This document shows, one piece after another, positions 10,395-22,756 of a stretch of DNA of 35,124 nt. The notes beneath the pieces are model-generated. The model did not search any database and was not told where the DNA came from. It saw only the letters and a program-made list of their open reading frames with translations. A program made the position numbers and the translations under genes. Location of the stretch: positions 1 through 35,124 of the forward strand of contig JAHLWZ010000142.1 in assembly GCA_020536535.1 (NCBI GenBank), in the 5' to 3' direction. Within the stretch, counting starts at the first letter, position 1. Each line of letters opens with the position of its first letter. Source of the DNA: Pelomyxa schiedti. Taxonomy: Eukaryota > Protista > Evosea.

Positions 10395-13221
10395 CTAAGA
10401 AGACAATGCAGACTGTTTAAGGGATTCAGGAATAGAAGTAGGCAGATCATTGTGGTGATGCAAGCAGCTGTGATTACAAGTAAGTTGTGAGGAGGTACAA
10501 GAAAGGATCCGTACTTATAAACCAAGTGCATTGCAACAGCGAATTCGGCGGAGCTCAGCTTATTATCACCGTCGAAATCGGCCATTCTCCTGTTAGTAAT
10601 TAATCGGCTTGATCTCGGGCAGGAAAGCATACCAAATACTACCCAGCAGTTCAAAAGGTAATTTAGACTTGGCAAAGAATGCTTTGCCTTCCATGCCTGT
10701 TTTTACCGTTAGGAACAATAGAGCAAAAAAAGGAGATAAGAACCGCTAAGGAATCCATCCTTGTCGGCATCGGCCTTTAAGAATAACGAGGCATATTGTT
10801 GTTTCTGCTCGGCAGTCATAACAGCGACATTAAAACCTGGCAAAGTTGAGAGGTAGGCACCAGAAGATAAGAAATGAACCTCCGCTAGGGGCAGCTCCTG
10901 GCTTAGGTGGTCTAGGAGGTGCTGTGTCAATTGGTTGTGGACTGGGTGACGAGGGCGTTGGTGGTAGTGGTTGTATGGGTGCTGATGTTGTTAGTGCGGG
11001 AGATGAGACGTGAGTCACTTCAGGAGATTCAGACTAGTGGAGTCAGGTTAGTTTAAGTTTAAGTGAGATGAGTGTGTTTACCACGGCGGGTTTGGGTGGT
11101 GGCACAGGCAATTTCTTTGCCGGAGCACCAGAATTAGGCGCTGCAATTGATACAGACACTGTCGGGGTAGGAGGTGAGGGTGTTCTTGCTGGAGTAGGAT
11201 TCGGGAGTGGAGGCAGCACAGAAACGGAAAAAGCAGGCTTATTTGGGGGTGTGGGTAATTTGGGTTCATGTGTCTGAGCAGTAATTAGAAACGATAATAT
11301 GATTACCGGATACAAACTGTTACTTGTGGGGACATTGCGGGTTTGGGCGGTAATGAAATAGACACTTCACTGGAGCTCAATCCTCCACTTACACTTATAT
11401 TACCTGTTAGAGCGCCAGTGGCAATGCGCTCCTTAAGAAGTTGCCTATCTCTATCCTCCTTATCTCTTCTTTCACGCTCCTCTTGTTCCTGCCTCTCTAG
11501 TTGTTCCTGTTCCCGACGCACGCGGTCCAGTTGTTCTCTGGTATTGAATGTTTTTTTTTGGATTATTACACAAGCAGAAAAACCTTCGCTTCCGGTCTGC
11601 TGCATCTCGTTCTGCCCTCTCTTTAGCTTCAATTCGTTCTATGTCCTCTTGCTGTCGCCGCACTCTCTCCCGGAGTTCCATTCGTTCTATGTCTTCTCTG
11701 TCTCTTTTCACTTTATCAACCTGTTCTGCCCATTCAAGATCTGCTTTATCTCGCGCTTTTTTTAGAGCCAGGGCATCATTGCTTTCTTTTTCCTCCACCT
11801 CACGTCGGTGATTGAGGATAACGTTCTTAGCTTTTTCGTGTTCTGAAGCCTTTTCATTTGATTCCATCCTTTCTGTTTCATCAAATTGCCTCTGCCTAGC
11901 AGACGCTTCTGATGCCACCCGTTCAAGTTCACTACGACGGGCACTGGCAAATTTATCTTCAAGCTTCTTATCTTCTTCTTGTCTTGCACGGCGTAAAGCC
12001 TGGAGAGTATTAAAGGATGTCTAAATAATATCCACCTACTTCAAGTTCTTGGGCTTCACGGTCTTCTTGGGCTTTGAGCCTCGCTTCATGCTCACGACGC
12101 ATGCGATCTTCTTCCTCTCTCCTCCATTGGTCTGCTCGCTCTTTGCGCTCTCTGTCTTCATTCTGACGCCTGTGCTCTACTTGGGTTCTTTCAGCACCCT
12201 CAGCGACGTCACATTCATGGTGCTTGGAAGTAACCATTTGTTTAACACGCTCAGTCTCTCTTAACTTAATTTCCTGCTGTTTTCGTTCTTCACAAGTTTA
12301 GGGAAATTCACAGTGAATTTGTTTTCAGACCTCTTTCGCGGGCTTCCTGTTCAGCATTTTGTTGTAGTTTCTTGAGTTTATCATCAACTTCATGCAAAAT
12401 GTGTTCAAATTCTGCCCTACAGTTTCCATCATTTCTCGAGTTTCATTTGATTTGGACTGTACTTTCTTTTCCTATCTTCAGCTTCGCGTCGCATCACCTC
12501 CATTTTATGCTCATTTTCAAGTTCATCAGCCTTTCTTTTCAGCATTGCTTTTTGTTCTGCACGACGTCTATTGTGGTGGAAGATTGAGAACACACAAAAA
12601 AGGGTAGCCTCATACAAGTCATCTTCATAACGCTTTCGAAGAATGGCTACAGTCTCTGCATCCATGTCAGGAGTAATAGTAGGTTCAGGAACTATCACTC
12701 TAACGCTTTCCTGTCTACTCAACTGAGGCTGTGAGGGAGACATTCCTGCAACACCCAATCAGATTTCAACCGTTTCGTCATAATAACAGCATACCGTGGT
12801 GCTGGTCAGGATAAGATGGGGGTGGTGGCATTCCCATCATTGGGCCACCTGGAGGCAGCCCAGTTGGTGGGGGAGGCATCATTCCCATGTTCACAGTCAA
12901 ACCAACAGGTTTTGGTGGTGGAGGTGGGGGATTTGAAGAACCCCCAGATGATGATGCCAGTGACACTGATTTCACTGTAATAGAAACTGAAAGTGGAGTT
13001 AAAAAACAAAAAACAAAAACAAAAACTCAAGGAAAACCACCACCCAGTGCTCACAAAATTGGACTACAAAATGAGGAACACCACCCAAAAACAAAACACA
13101 ACTCTTGTGGAACACAGACGCAACTATTTTCATCCTCGTGATGATGGGATTTGCCACCAGTGGGTATTGCTGCCCCAAATTTACTGGCCTGCGCTACTGC
13201 TTGGGAAAAGAACTTGCTCAT
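10395..13221 (-). CDS. Pro-rich / long charged coiled-coil protein with a C-terminal EH (Eps15-homology) domain
   Basis: ATG at 13221: MSKFFSQAVAQ. Pro-rich exons and E/R/K-rich coiled-coil exons span about 11400-12650. EH motifs: MTAEQKQQYASLFLKADADKDGFLSG, FFAKSKLPFELLGSIW, ADFDGDNKLSSAEFAVAMHLV, LPTSIPESL. Stop TAG at 10395. Confidence 0.85.
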
Positions 13222-13480
13222 TCTGTATTGTGGGTCACGCACCTGCTCCCTCGATTCCGGGTCGATGAGTTTTTGTTGTTTTTTGTTTCGTTTGATCTCG
13301 GTTTTTTTTGTTCCTTTTCTTTGTTTGTGGGTGCTTTTTTAGGGCACGATTTTCTTTGATGAAATTTTGTTTAGAACGACAGAGTGTGCTGTGTGCATGA
13401 TTTTTGTTGAGTTGAGCTCTATGATGATACTCAATGATGGTCCCATGAGTTATTTGTGTGGGTTCTCTGAGCGGGCGGGT

Positions 13481-14479
13481 TTAGGCCTTCTTGACTTTGG
13501 CAGCGGGACCGGGACGGTAAAATCGTGGGCAATTCTGATTGAAGAGAAGTGAAACTAGCCAAGTGAGGGACAGCCCAATAGAACACACGGCAGAGACTTC
13601 AAGTGGGTCCAGGGTGTTGAGAATGGGGTATGGGTACTCCCTGTCATATTCCGCGTGGCGGTAAACCATACGGGTGATGTACATGGTGCCGGTGCAAATC
13701 TGCCACAACACGTAAGTGCTGAAAACTTAATAGTAATTCTTCATACGAGGAAGCCGGCATCAAGGAAAAGCGATGAGCAATAGAGCTCTAGTGCTGCGTG
13801 GTTCAATAGAATGTTCTCAAGTATCACATGAATTGGGCTCAGCACATTCACAGCCAGTACGACCCACAGTATGTTGTTTTCGAATTGATCCACACCCATA
13901 AAGAATTGAACCTAATATGAAAATTTTTTTAATGACAGGGAAAGATACTTGGTAGGTCATACCACAAAAACGACAAGAGTAGCAATGGAAAAGGAAGTTG
14001 CAGTACGCAAGAATAATTCGTGAAGCCATCCCCTCGACTGAATGAAATTGGGTAAAAACAACTTTGGTACCAGGTTACATATTAAGCCCAAGCCAAACGT
14101 AAGAGTTTGGGCCCATGTAGCCCAATACGATCTACCAGAAATAAGGCATAATAAAAAGAAATCCAAGTTATATCTTAAAAAAAAAAACGTACACGACAGT
14201 ACTGTTGTACGCGAAACTTGCGCGTCTGTTCGATATTTCTAAAGTTGCGCAGCTCAACGCGAGACAAGCAGCGTGAAACACGATGGAAAACAACCAAAAC
14301 AACCAGCCCTCTTTCTTCACCACCAACTGCTCTTTCCCATGTTTTTTAATCTGTGCTCTCTCTTTAACATTGTCTTTCTTCGTTGGTGCCTCCTTCTTGG
14401 TAGATCCCTTCTTTCCCTTTTGCTCCGTCGTGTCCTCCGCCGTAGTCTTCTTTTTAATAGACGCCGTCGACTTCTTCAT
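13481..14479 (-). CDS. FAR-17a/AIG1/ADTRP-like multi-pass membrane protein
   Basis: Lys-rich N-terminus and about 6 hydrophobic segments. GRSYWATW resembles GSWKFLTF; SPIHVILENILLNH resembles LPFILIEMRTSHH; ICTGTMYI..EYPYPIL resembles ICTFSVGYI..WVYPFL. Ends in KVKKA (KxKxx ER-retrieval type). Confidence 0.65.
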
Positions 14480-14598
14480 TTTATTCTATTTTTTTTTTGT
14501 TGTTTGTTTCCGTATCCGCGAAATCTCGTTCTCTTTTCTCGTTGTTTTGATGACACGCGTTGCCGGTTGTGGAACTTGCAACGTCGTTGCGAGTCTGT

Positions 14599-16482
14599 CT
14601 ATGGGTGGGAATCGGAAATGGCCAGGCAACTTGCCAACTTCTTGTGGTCCACGTAGCGCATGGAGCACAGTTGGTGTGCTGTGCACTCTGCTAGTGTGCC
14701 CTCATATCCCAGGCCGGTGTATAGTGATGCGTACTTGCGGCAGTAGCGGAGCAAGTCCCTGTCACTTCTGGATGCATTCAGCCAAACTTCGTACATGGAC
14801 TGGGCAGTTATGGCCGGCGCATGGTATTCCACCTCTGGCAGTGTTGGTTAGGCTTGTAGTCGATTATGGCCGTGCAATTCATACTTGCCGAGTACTCTAG
14901 GGAGTACTCTACACGCTCTAGAAAGTTGGACTTGTCTATGTCACAATAGTAGGTCTCAAAGGTATCTAGCTGAACAGTGTCACTGTCGAAACGGTACACA
15001 CGATATGCCGGGTTATGCGGGCTGCCACTCGGTGCCACACTTGGTCCAATCAGAGCCACTCCACATGGGGCACTGTCATTCTCACTAGAAGGATCTCAGC
15101 ATTCAATGTACATTACACTCTTATACTTGAATACAAGACGAAAGGAATCAAGGTGTTTGTGTCCAAAAATACTGGGCAGAAGAATGTGGCTCCAACGTTG
15201 GAATATCCTAACAAAAATCTCATTGAACCTGCAAAATAGTTATGATACAGTAGATTCACATTTCAGCTTACTTCTCTCTCAAATCATGACCCGGAGGAAC
15301 ATGCCCGATAAGCAGAACTTTTTCATGACTCCTTTCAGCAAGACCTAGTGTTCTAATTGTAATTTAATAAAATTCACTGGAATACTTCAACATACTGCTC
15401 AAGCCATTCAAATTGGCCAGCTGGATCAGTCATAGGATAAGAAATCTAGGGAGTTTTAGAACGTTTTACTGTCTCTCACTTGAAAGTAGTTACATGCCAA
15501 ATTTTCTTCGTACCACAAGGCAGTGTTAAGGACTATCAAGCGTATATGAACTAAGGCACCTGAGAGCACTTGAGTGTAGTATCCACCCTTTCTGTATGCA
15601 AACCTCTTAGACATAACATATCTCTCTTTCCAGAGATACCTGAATGTCGCAAAGGCACTTGAGGGTAGCCACTGTGCCCACATTTCAGAGAGGTGATTGT
15701 ACAGCCAATAACCCGGACCAATATTTACTTGATGCCCTGGTACCTTTTGTTTTTTGTTCCGAATTTAACATTTTAAATGGAAGAAAAATCAGGGATGAAA
15801 AGAATCATACAACATCTATGGTGGATACGTTAGATAAAGTTATGTTATACTTTATTTACCGTGATTTCCAACAATAGGAAAAACAGGTGTTCGAGGAAAA
15901 TATCTAGCAAATAACTCAGTGATATTGGCGATATGATTGAGCACAGTTCTGTGTGGCGCAAGAGGGTTTTGAAGCCATCGTATGGTATCCTTTCAAAGAT
16001 TTGCTTACAAAATTTCAAAAAGAAACTTACCCCCATCCACAAAATTGCATTGGCGTCTTGATGTTCTTGACTGATAGAATACAGAGTTGCATTTATCAGA
16101 GCAAGGGGGGAGGAGCAAAAAACGTCACCAAACCTGGCCCATAAGCAGAAGAGGTCAGGTGTGTACTTGACCGTTGAAGAAAAGACATAAGACGGTACAG
16201 TTTGTGCTGCCCCCATCCCTTCCGGCAAAACAAGTAAGAGGAGGAGTCTGTTTTGTATTCCTGCATTATAAACTAGATGTAAGTAACTCCAATTCCACAT
16301 CGATTGGCAATAATGTGGCCTCATTCTAACCATACAGCAACTGATAAAAAAAAAAAAAAAAACACAGAGGTGATCTCGACCCAATCCCAGTGCAAATCCG
16401 AAACTTGAACAATAGGAACCACAGCGCACGTAGCACCGCAGATCACCGTCACAGTCACAACCCACCAGCCCCAACACGCCAT
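14599..16482 (-). CDS. Acid sphingomyelinase-like phosphodiesterase (SMPD1/SMPDL3-type metallophosphoesterase), secreted or lysosomal
   Basis: Signal peptide MACWGWWVVTVTVICGATCA. Metal-binding motifs VSDLHWD, LWMG|DT, PIVGNHD, IGHVPPG, IFGHKHLDSF, then PSVAP..HNPAYRVY and a Cys-containing C-terminal region. No saposin domain seen. Confidence 0.9.
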
Positions 16483-16698
16483 CACCGTTTTTTTTTAAAA
16501 TAAAAATACTCGTAGTACTGGGAAAATGCCTTGTTTCAGATGTCAATGTGCCAAGCCGTATACAACCCTGATTCCAACGACGACCTCGGAGCAGGGAACT
16601 ACCGCCAAAGTTCTGGGACGAAACAATAGATGGTGATGACATTTCCATCGCAACCATATTTCCCCAAAAACCCTAGAAAAGCCGGCGGGTGTGGAGGG
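16483..16698. promoter_or_regulatory. Putative short bidirectional promoter
   Basis: About 215 bp (about 150 bp if ATG 16630 is used) between the divergent starts of the phosphodiesterase and F-box-like genes. Confidence 0.5.
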
Positions 16699-17931
16699 AT
16701 GCTGTGCGATCTACCCAACGAGGTGTTGTGCTGCATAATAGACCACTGTAGACCTAGATGGTGGAGATCTAACTTGATTCCCAAACTACCTGTGGGCGAC
16801 AGTGACGCCCAACACTCACCTTCGACAATCCCCGAGATCGAATCAGCAGCGAAACAGACGTATTCGGTTGTTACAGTTTGCAAGGCTACCTCTCTGGCCG
16901 ACGACGAGCGGAGACAAACGTACGGGAGTATGCTGGCGGGCGGGCCTCCCACGATCGCCGGGGGAGACCCAGAAGCTGTTTTGTGCTGCGGAGGAATTTT
17001 CCGTGACGATTGGCCGTTTGCCTCCGTGGAAAGCCTCGGGATGACGTGCCGAAGAATGGCCACACTTCTAGCTGAATGTGATGCTAGGTTGTTCAAGCAT
17101 ACTGCCACTGTCTTGTTCGGGCTGGATGAAAATAAGGTTCCCTTTATGCTCCTTTTGTTTGTGAGTCATTGAGGATTGCAGCCTGGATTTATAACGTGGC
17201 TGGAGGCATGCCGACAATGTTGGATGAGGAGTATTGCTGATAACTACCGTACTGTATCTGTAGTGTTACACCACGATGTGACACTGGAAAACCCTGTTGT
17301 ATATTCCTGGATGCTAGTCATTGAAGTTGCCAAAAATGTTAGTTTCTTCTTTCCTGCTGTTTTAAAGTCTTACACATATACTCAGAGCGGAAATATGAGT
17401 GGCGGTGCTTTGTACCCAGAGCAACGAGATCTCAACAGAGATTATGGTGCAGCTCTCCAGGCAGACCTGAACTATGGGAGTGTTTTGCCATACTACCCAA
17501 AGGTTAACGTCACATGGAAGCCCATTGACAGTCACAGCGAACTATTTGACATGAGATTCACACCTTTTTTCGACACCTCCACAAGCAACAAGCACCGATG
17601 TGTGAGGTGGAGGTTGGATGGGCTGTTTTCCAATCCAACAGAGGACAGATATGGAGAAGTGCATGCAGTGGCTTTAGGCAAACCGCACACTTTAGCACAG
17701 TCACCTGATGATGCTTATCAATTTTTCAATGATACTCATCTCTTCTGGCAACCTCTCATTCCCATTGGAACCGTTTGTGCAATTAAAGTAGAGGTTAGTC
17801 CAAAACTCGAAAACAAGTTCTTATGTATTCATATTCAGTTTGATGACTGGGTTATGATCAAGGGGCAAGACCCTGAGGAGGATCATGTCTTGTCCAGGTG
17901 GGTACCCAAGCTGGCCTTGGATAAAATATGA
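16699..17931 (+). CDS. F-box-like protein with unknown C-terminal domain
   Basis: MLCDLPNEVLCCIIDH (F-box start) and, further on, SLGMTCRRMATL. Introns 17137-17181 and probably 17338-17385 (in frame). An upstream in-frame ATG exists at 16630. Confidence 0.7.
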
Positions 17932-18008
17932 TGAAAAGGCTTTGCAAAATACAAGAGTGTTTCTTTTAAAAACTTGTTTCTCTATTAAAAGTGGGTGCAA
18001 ATACCACC

Positions 18009-20488
18009 TCAGCCAGAAACGATATTGTACACAATAGCAGCCAAACAGACTCCACAAAACAATATGCCAGAAACAACCAGCAGAACCGACAGAATTCTGG
18101 TGGCATTCCACCCAGGACCAGACAGCCGGCTGTAACACAAACCTGGCATCACGTAGCATATTATGGTGCTTGCCGTTCCGCCTGTAATTCCCAAAACCTT
18201 GTTGGTTCTTGTTGTTATTCGGAAATTTTGCTATGGAACGAAGAAAAACAAAACGAGTTCAAAAAAAAAATAGAGCGAACCTTGTCAAGGTCATCGACAA
18301 AGAAGGCAATGATGAAGCTAGCAATAACAAGTAAAAGTGTCTCACAAGCATGCCTTAGCAAAGGCCTCCATTCGGGCCAGCGGGCAAATGCTAGGGAGTC
18401 AAGTCTTCCGGTTTGTTTATTGACATTAATATATTTCGATATATTTGGGAGTAATACGATGCCCTGGCAGGGTGCAGAAGCACAGGGTAACTGAATATTA
18501 CTAAAATTGCCTGCAGCACGCGTGCTATGATGACAGATATAGCATCGGCAGGCACTATGGGTGTCAGGGCAAACTTTCATCCAGGAAACAAAGGCATACA
18601 GGCACTCAGAATATTTGGTTGAATCTCGGTTCCGCTACTAATATAGCCACAAATTCCTAGCCCTTGATAGCATACAAAAGCAATAGCACATGAAATCCAT
18701 ACAACAACCTTTGAGATAAATTAATTTTAATTTGATCCAGTAATGGGTCATTTACTCTCATATTCCGGTTTCTGTTGTGTTTTTTCATTTCATTCCATAC
18801 TCCAAAGAACTGTAAGAAGATTGGCTATGAATGAACAAAGGAGCACAATAGTACATTAGGATGGCAGCAGTATGCAAACACCACAATTGGAATTGCACCT
18901 AAAGTTTCCCTTTCGTGGGTGTCACAATTCATTGAACCAGTGTCAGCACATACGTTGTGAGTGAAAACCATACAATATTTCCGTCAAGTTTTGGCTTCCA
19001 GATAGCAAAAACAGTAACAAGGGAAAAAATATAAAATGCACAAACAAGAGCAAAGAGGCTTGAAAGGAGTAAGTAGCGATTCACATGAGGTAAATGTGCC
19101 AACCTGGTGTAGCGAAGTGAATCCAATTTTTTTGGAAAACTGAGTGCGCCAAGTACGAGCAGAACAACAGGAAGAACAATTTGTTTGCTTACAACTTGCT
19201 CAGTTGAAGGAAAAATTGCTATGATGATATCGGGAATCAATTGACCCAGAACGAGCATATATGCTGTGATGATCCCAAAGCAGCAGCCAATGATTGAGGC
19301 ATCCACTATAATATTCCCCCATGCAATTGACTGTTAAGATGGTGTTTCAAGTTGGGTACATACTCCTATTGTTGTATGGGTGTGTTTGTAGATTTGCGTA
19401 GTTTTTTTTTCTTTTCGGTGGAGCGATTTAGTACCCGTTTAGCAACAGTTTGATAGGTGATCATCTGGGTATGAAGAGTATTCCCATCGCTATGTTCCAC
19501 GAGAGGTGACTTCACTTCTAGTATCGTGCAGCAGGAGTGCAAAAGCTCCAGAGAAAAAACGGAAATGGCACCAAAGAGTAAGATTAGACTGTGTAATACA
19601 GGATTGAGATAAAAGAAAAGGGATCCAATAGGCAACTGCACTACCATGGACCAAGTATCAAGCCTGCCTTCGCCACGGCCCAGCCAAGCCCCAACATTCC
19701 TAAGAATCCAGTCAGTTGTCATTTCAAAAAAAAAAAAAAAAAACGAATTACAGTCACACAGATTTAAAAAAAAAAAAGATACATAACAACAAATAAGGAA
19801 AGAAACGAACAAAGTATGAAAACATGAACAGGAACAAACCGCAGCCCAAGAGAGTATTCGATATGTTTGATATCCCGGATATTACCGATGCGCCCTTTTT
19901 GTCATCGCCATCACCGGCGCCCTCAATCTCGACCTCTCCTTCATCGTTGCCCTGCCTTGACTCTTTCCCATCACCTTCTCCATCGTGATTCACATTTGTT
20001 ATGCGTGGTGACAAAGACGAGGACGATTGCAGCGTCTCGTCGCCAGGATCGAACGAGTTTTGGTCTGACGACGTGATCACGATGGCGCCGGCGCAGCGAC
20101 CGTGCCCCCCGTCCAGTCCCATAAGTGTCTCTGGTGCCGCTTGTGCTTGGGTGGCAGTCGCCGAAGTGATCGTCGACATCTTCACCGCCGCGGCGCCGGT
20201 CCGCGAAAAAGGAGACGAGTCGGGGGCCGCGGTGCCCTTGATCAGCGGAATCGCGGCGTTGCGCCCAAGGTACTCCCCGTCGTCGCCCGGGGTCTGTGAT
20301 CCGCGATTGTGGGAGCCGCCGCCGCCGCCGCCGCCACGGCGAGAGTGCGATGAGTACGACGACGGAGACGAAGAGGGCGAGGAGTCGTACGACGCGCGAC
20401 GCGGCCGGTGGGTAACCACGATGGAACCAAAGTCCAACGACGATCTACTGCTGGTGTGAAAGGAGGTAGGTTCAACGTCGTCTGCCAT
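18009..20488 (-). CDS. Amino-acid transporter, Aa_trans (AVT/SLC38-like) family, with a long Ser/Gly-rich N-tail
   Basis: ASVISGISNISNTLLGCG, CFGIITAYMLVLGQLIP, LSFPKKLDSLRYT, FVDDLDKV, GITGGTASTIICYVMPGLCY; multiple TM exons. Confidence 0.9.
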
Positions 20489-20627
20489 CCGATCCGCCCA
20501 ACAGCCACCGAAACGCTTTCACCTAACTGGAAATAGGAGTGGTGCACCGTGCCTGTGCTTCCTTTCATTCTACTTTCAGATGTCAGTTAAAATATACAAC
20601 AAAGGAAAGGGGAAAAAGGCGCTTCTC

Positions 20628-22514
20628 TTAGAGATCGTCTTCACGGTGTTGTTGTGGATATGGATACGAAGGCAATTTTGACCAGGTGAATTCCCTCATG
20701 AGGATTGTGCCGTCTGCCACAATCTTCACATCAGGCACTGTTGTAGTACTCGCAGCAGCACTTCCACTGCTGTTGCCTCCGGGTGTGCTTCCCACTGCTG
20801 TGCACTCCTCCATAACCACGGCGGCTCCTTGGTTGCCGCAGCGGTAGCCGTAGTTGCAGCAGCTGTATATCGTGCACACAAGGTTGTCCAGTTCCCAGAA
20901 TATTCCATCCATCACCAGCTGGTGGCTTCTGACGATGAACTGCAGGTTGTTTCTGCTGAGGAACGACTTGCATGCACGGCGCCCATATAGGACTGCACAC
21001 AAATAGGCAAGTAAGTTGATAACTCGAGACTGAAAGCCCCCAAAAATGTTGAGGTTTTACATACACCCCGCTCCTCGAGGGGATGCAGACCAATCTTCAG
21101 TGCGAGTGTCAGGGTCTGACCATAGGAAGTCGGTAATCTTTATATTGCGGTACCCATGTTACTTGAAATAAAAAAAAAAACAACGTTTACAATGCCTGCG
21201 TCAACTGGTGCTGAGTCAACGAATCTATCAAGTTTCAGGATATCACTTATCTCAGGCAGCTCTAACTTGTGTTTAGTTGAAGCGGTTCAATTTGGGTCAA
21301 TCAACCTTGACTTGGACCACCATGAACAGCAAATACTTTGTTACCTATGGTGGCAGCCTTGCTCTTTGAGTTCTTTTTTCAACTTTCATTTGGTGTGCAT
21401 ACCAATGGAAGACAGTCAAAAACGTCACACAGCCATTCCCAGGATGCCAGTTCTTTATATGCGACTCTGCAATTCTCATACAAACCGTAAACCCGCGTCA
21501 TCTGCCTGCTTTCGTGGTTCCCTCTTTGATTTTGTTTGTTTGGATAAACGCAAATGTAGTGAGGGACTTTTCACCTGAGCAAAGTGACTGAAGAAGGGAA
21601 AAGGAGTTTCAATGCCAGCAAAAGGCTGATGCACTGGAGAGAGTGATGCCTGTCGAAAGGGCTGAGAACACACAGGGTTACTTAAAATTGGCAGAATACC
21701 CCAAATCCACATAATCACCCAAGAAAAGGAAAGAACGGTGCTGAGGAGATCCCAAGAGCTTGAAAACAGTGTGCAAGTCTTCCAGCTGCCCGTGGATATC
21801 TCCCACAATCGCAATCTTTTTGAGATCGGAGAACACTCACATCAGCCCCAAGGTGCCGATTGGAAAATTAAAGTTGGGAATAACCGCACGGGAAACTGCA
21901 GGGTCATCAAGTTGGGTTCTTTCTTCAGAAGAAAAATTGCTCCCTCAGTCAAAAAGCGGAGTTGTTCAAGAGTCGGAGCGGGAGGGAGATCACTCTCTTG
22001 CACAGCGCACGTGCGACTGTTCGCCTCACCAGAGGCAGGCATCCCATAATTTGGTGACATAAGCCGAGAGTGCTGAGCAAGTATCGACCTGGCAGTGCCC
22101 CTGGCTTTCCTCAGTGGCCCCCTCATGTTTTCCAGAAATCTCTCCCTCCACGTAGTCGCCCCACCCTCCCCTGGAGGCAGTGCATTGAATAAACCAACCC
22201 CCTCATCTAACAATAAAGCGCCACCACGCACAGTGACACACAAGCAAACAAGTAAACACACCTCGCGGAAACCACGATCTCTCACCCCCGGTGGCCACAA
22301 ACAGCGGCCTCCACACCACCGTGTCCACGTCCGTGGCGCCGTGCCGAGGAGTCCCTTCCTCCACCTGGTGCTGTGGCCCAGGGGGCGTCCCCCCTCGTGT
22401 GGCTCGCCACAGGCAGGGCCACGCCACGAGCATGCGCCAGCTGCTCACGCCGTCGTCGGTTGCGGCGAGCTCCACGCACAACCTCACAACTACCTCCAAC
22501 GGCAGTAGCTCCAT
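20628..22514 (-). CDS. F-box-like + PP2A/PP4/PP6-family phosphatase, copy C (complete, about 8 exons)
   Basis: F-box-like N-terminus, then FP|[19 protein letters not shown]|[17 protein letters not shown]|[67 protein letters not shown], ending HREDDL*. All junctions are GT-AG and in frame; the first intron has two possible in-frame acceptors. Confidence 0.88.
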
Positions 22515-22756
22515 CAGGCCAACGTTCCAGGAACGCAACCAAATTGAGAATTCGGTGCGAGGCATCGGCGTGAGGGTGGGCCATCGTAGCGGGGTTCCCA
22601 CTCGACGCCCTCACAACAACCAATGGCGCCAGGTAGCTTGGTGCATTGACACGTGAATAGGTAATATAGGTAATATGCCTGTGGTTCGCCAGCCTATCCA
22701 GCCAAAAGATGTGTCCAAAGTATTTTGCTCTATCTCATCTTACTGAAAGGCCGTCG

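Noticed and set aside
15845-16657. 270-aa ORF as a separate gene
   Set aside because: It is a mosaic of phosphodiesterase exons, introns and off-frame sequence.
20628-22514. Calcineurin A or PP1 identity
   Set aside because: GNHESRQ, SPRGAG, HQLVM and YRCGNQ are PP2A/PP4/PP6-type, and there is no calcineurin regulatory tail.
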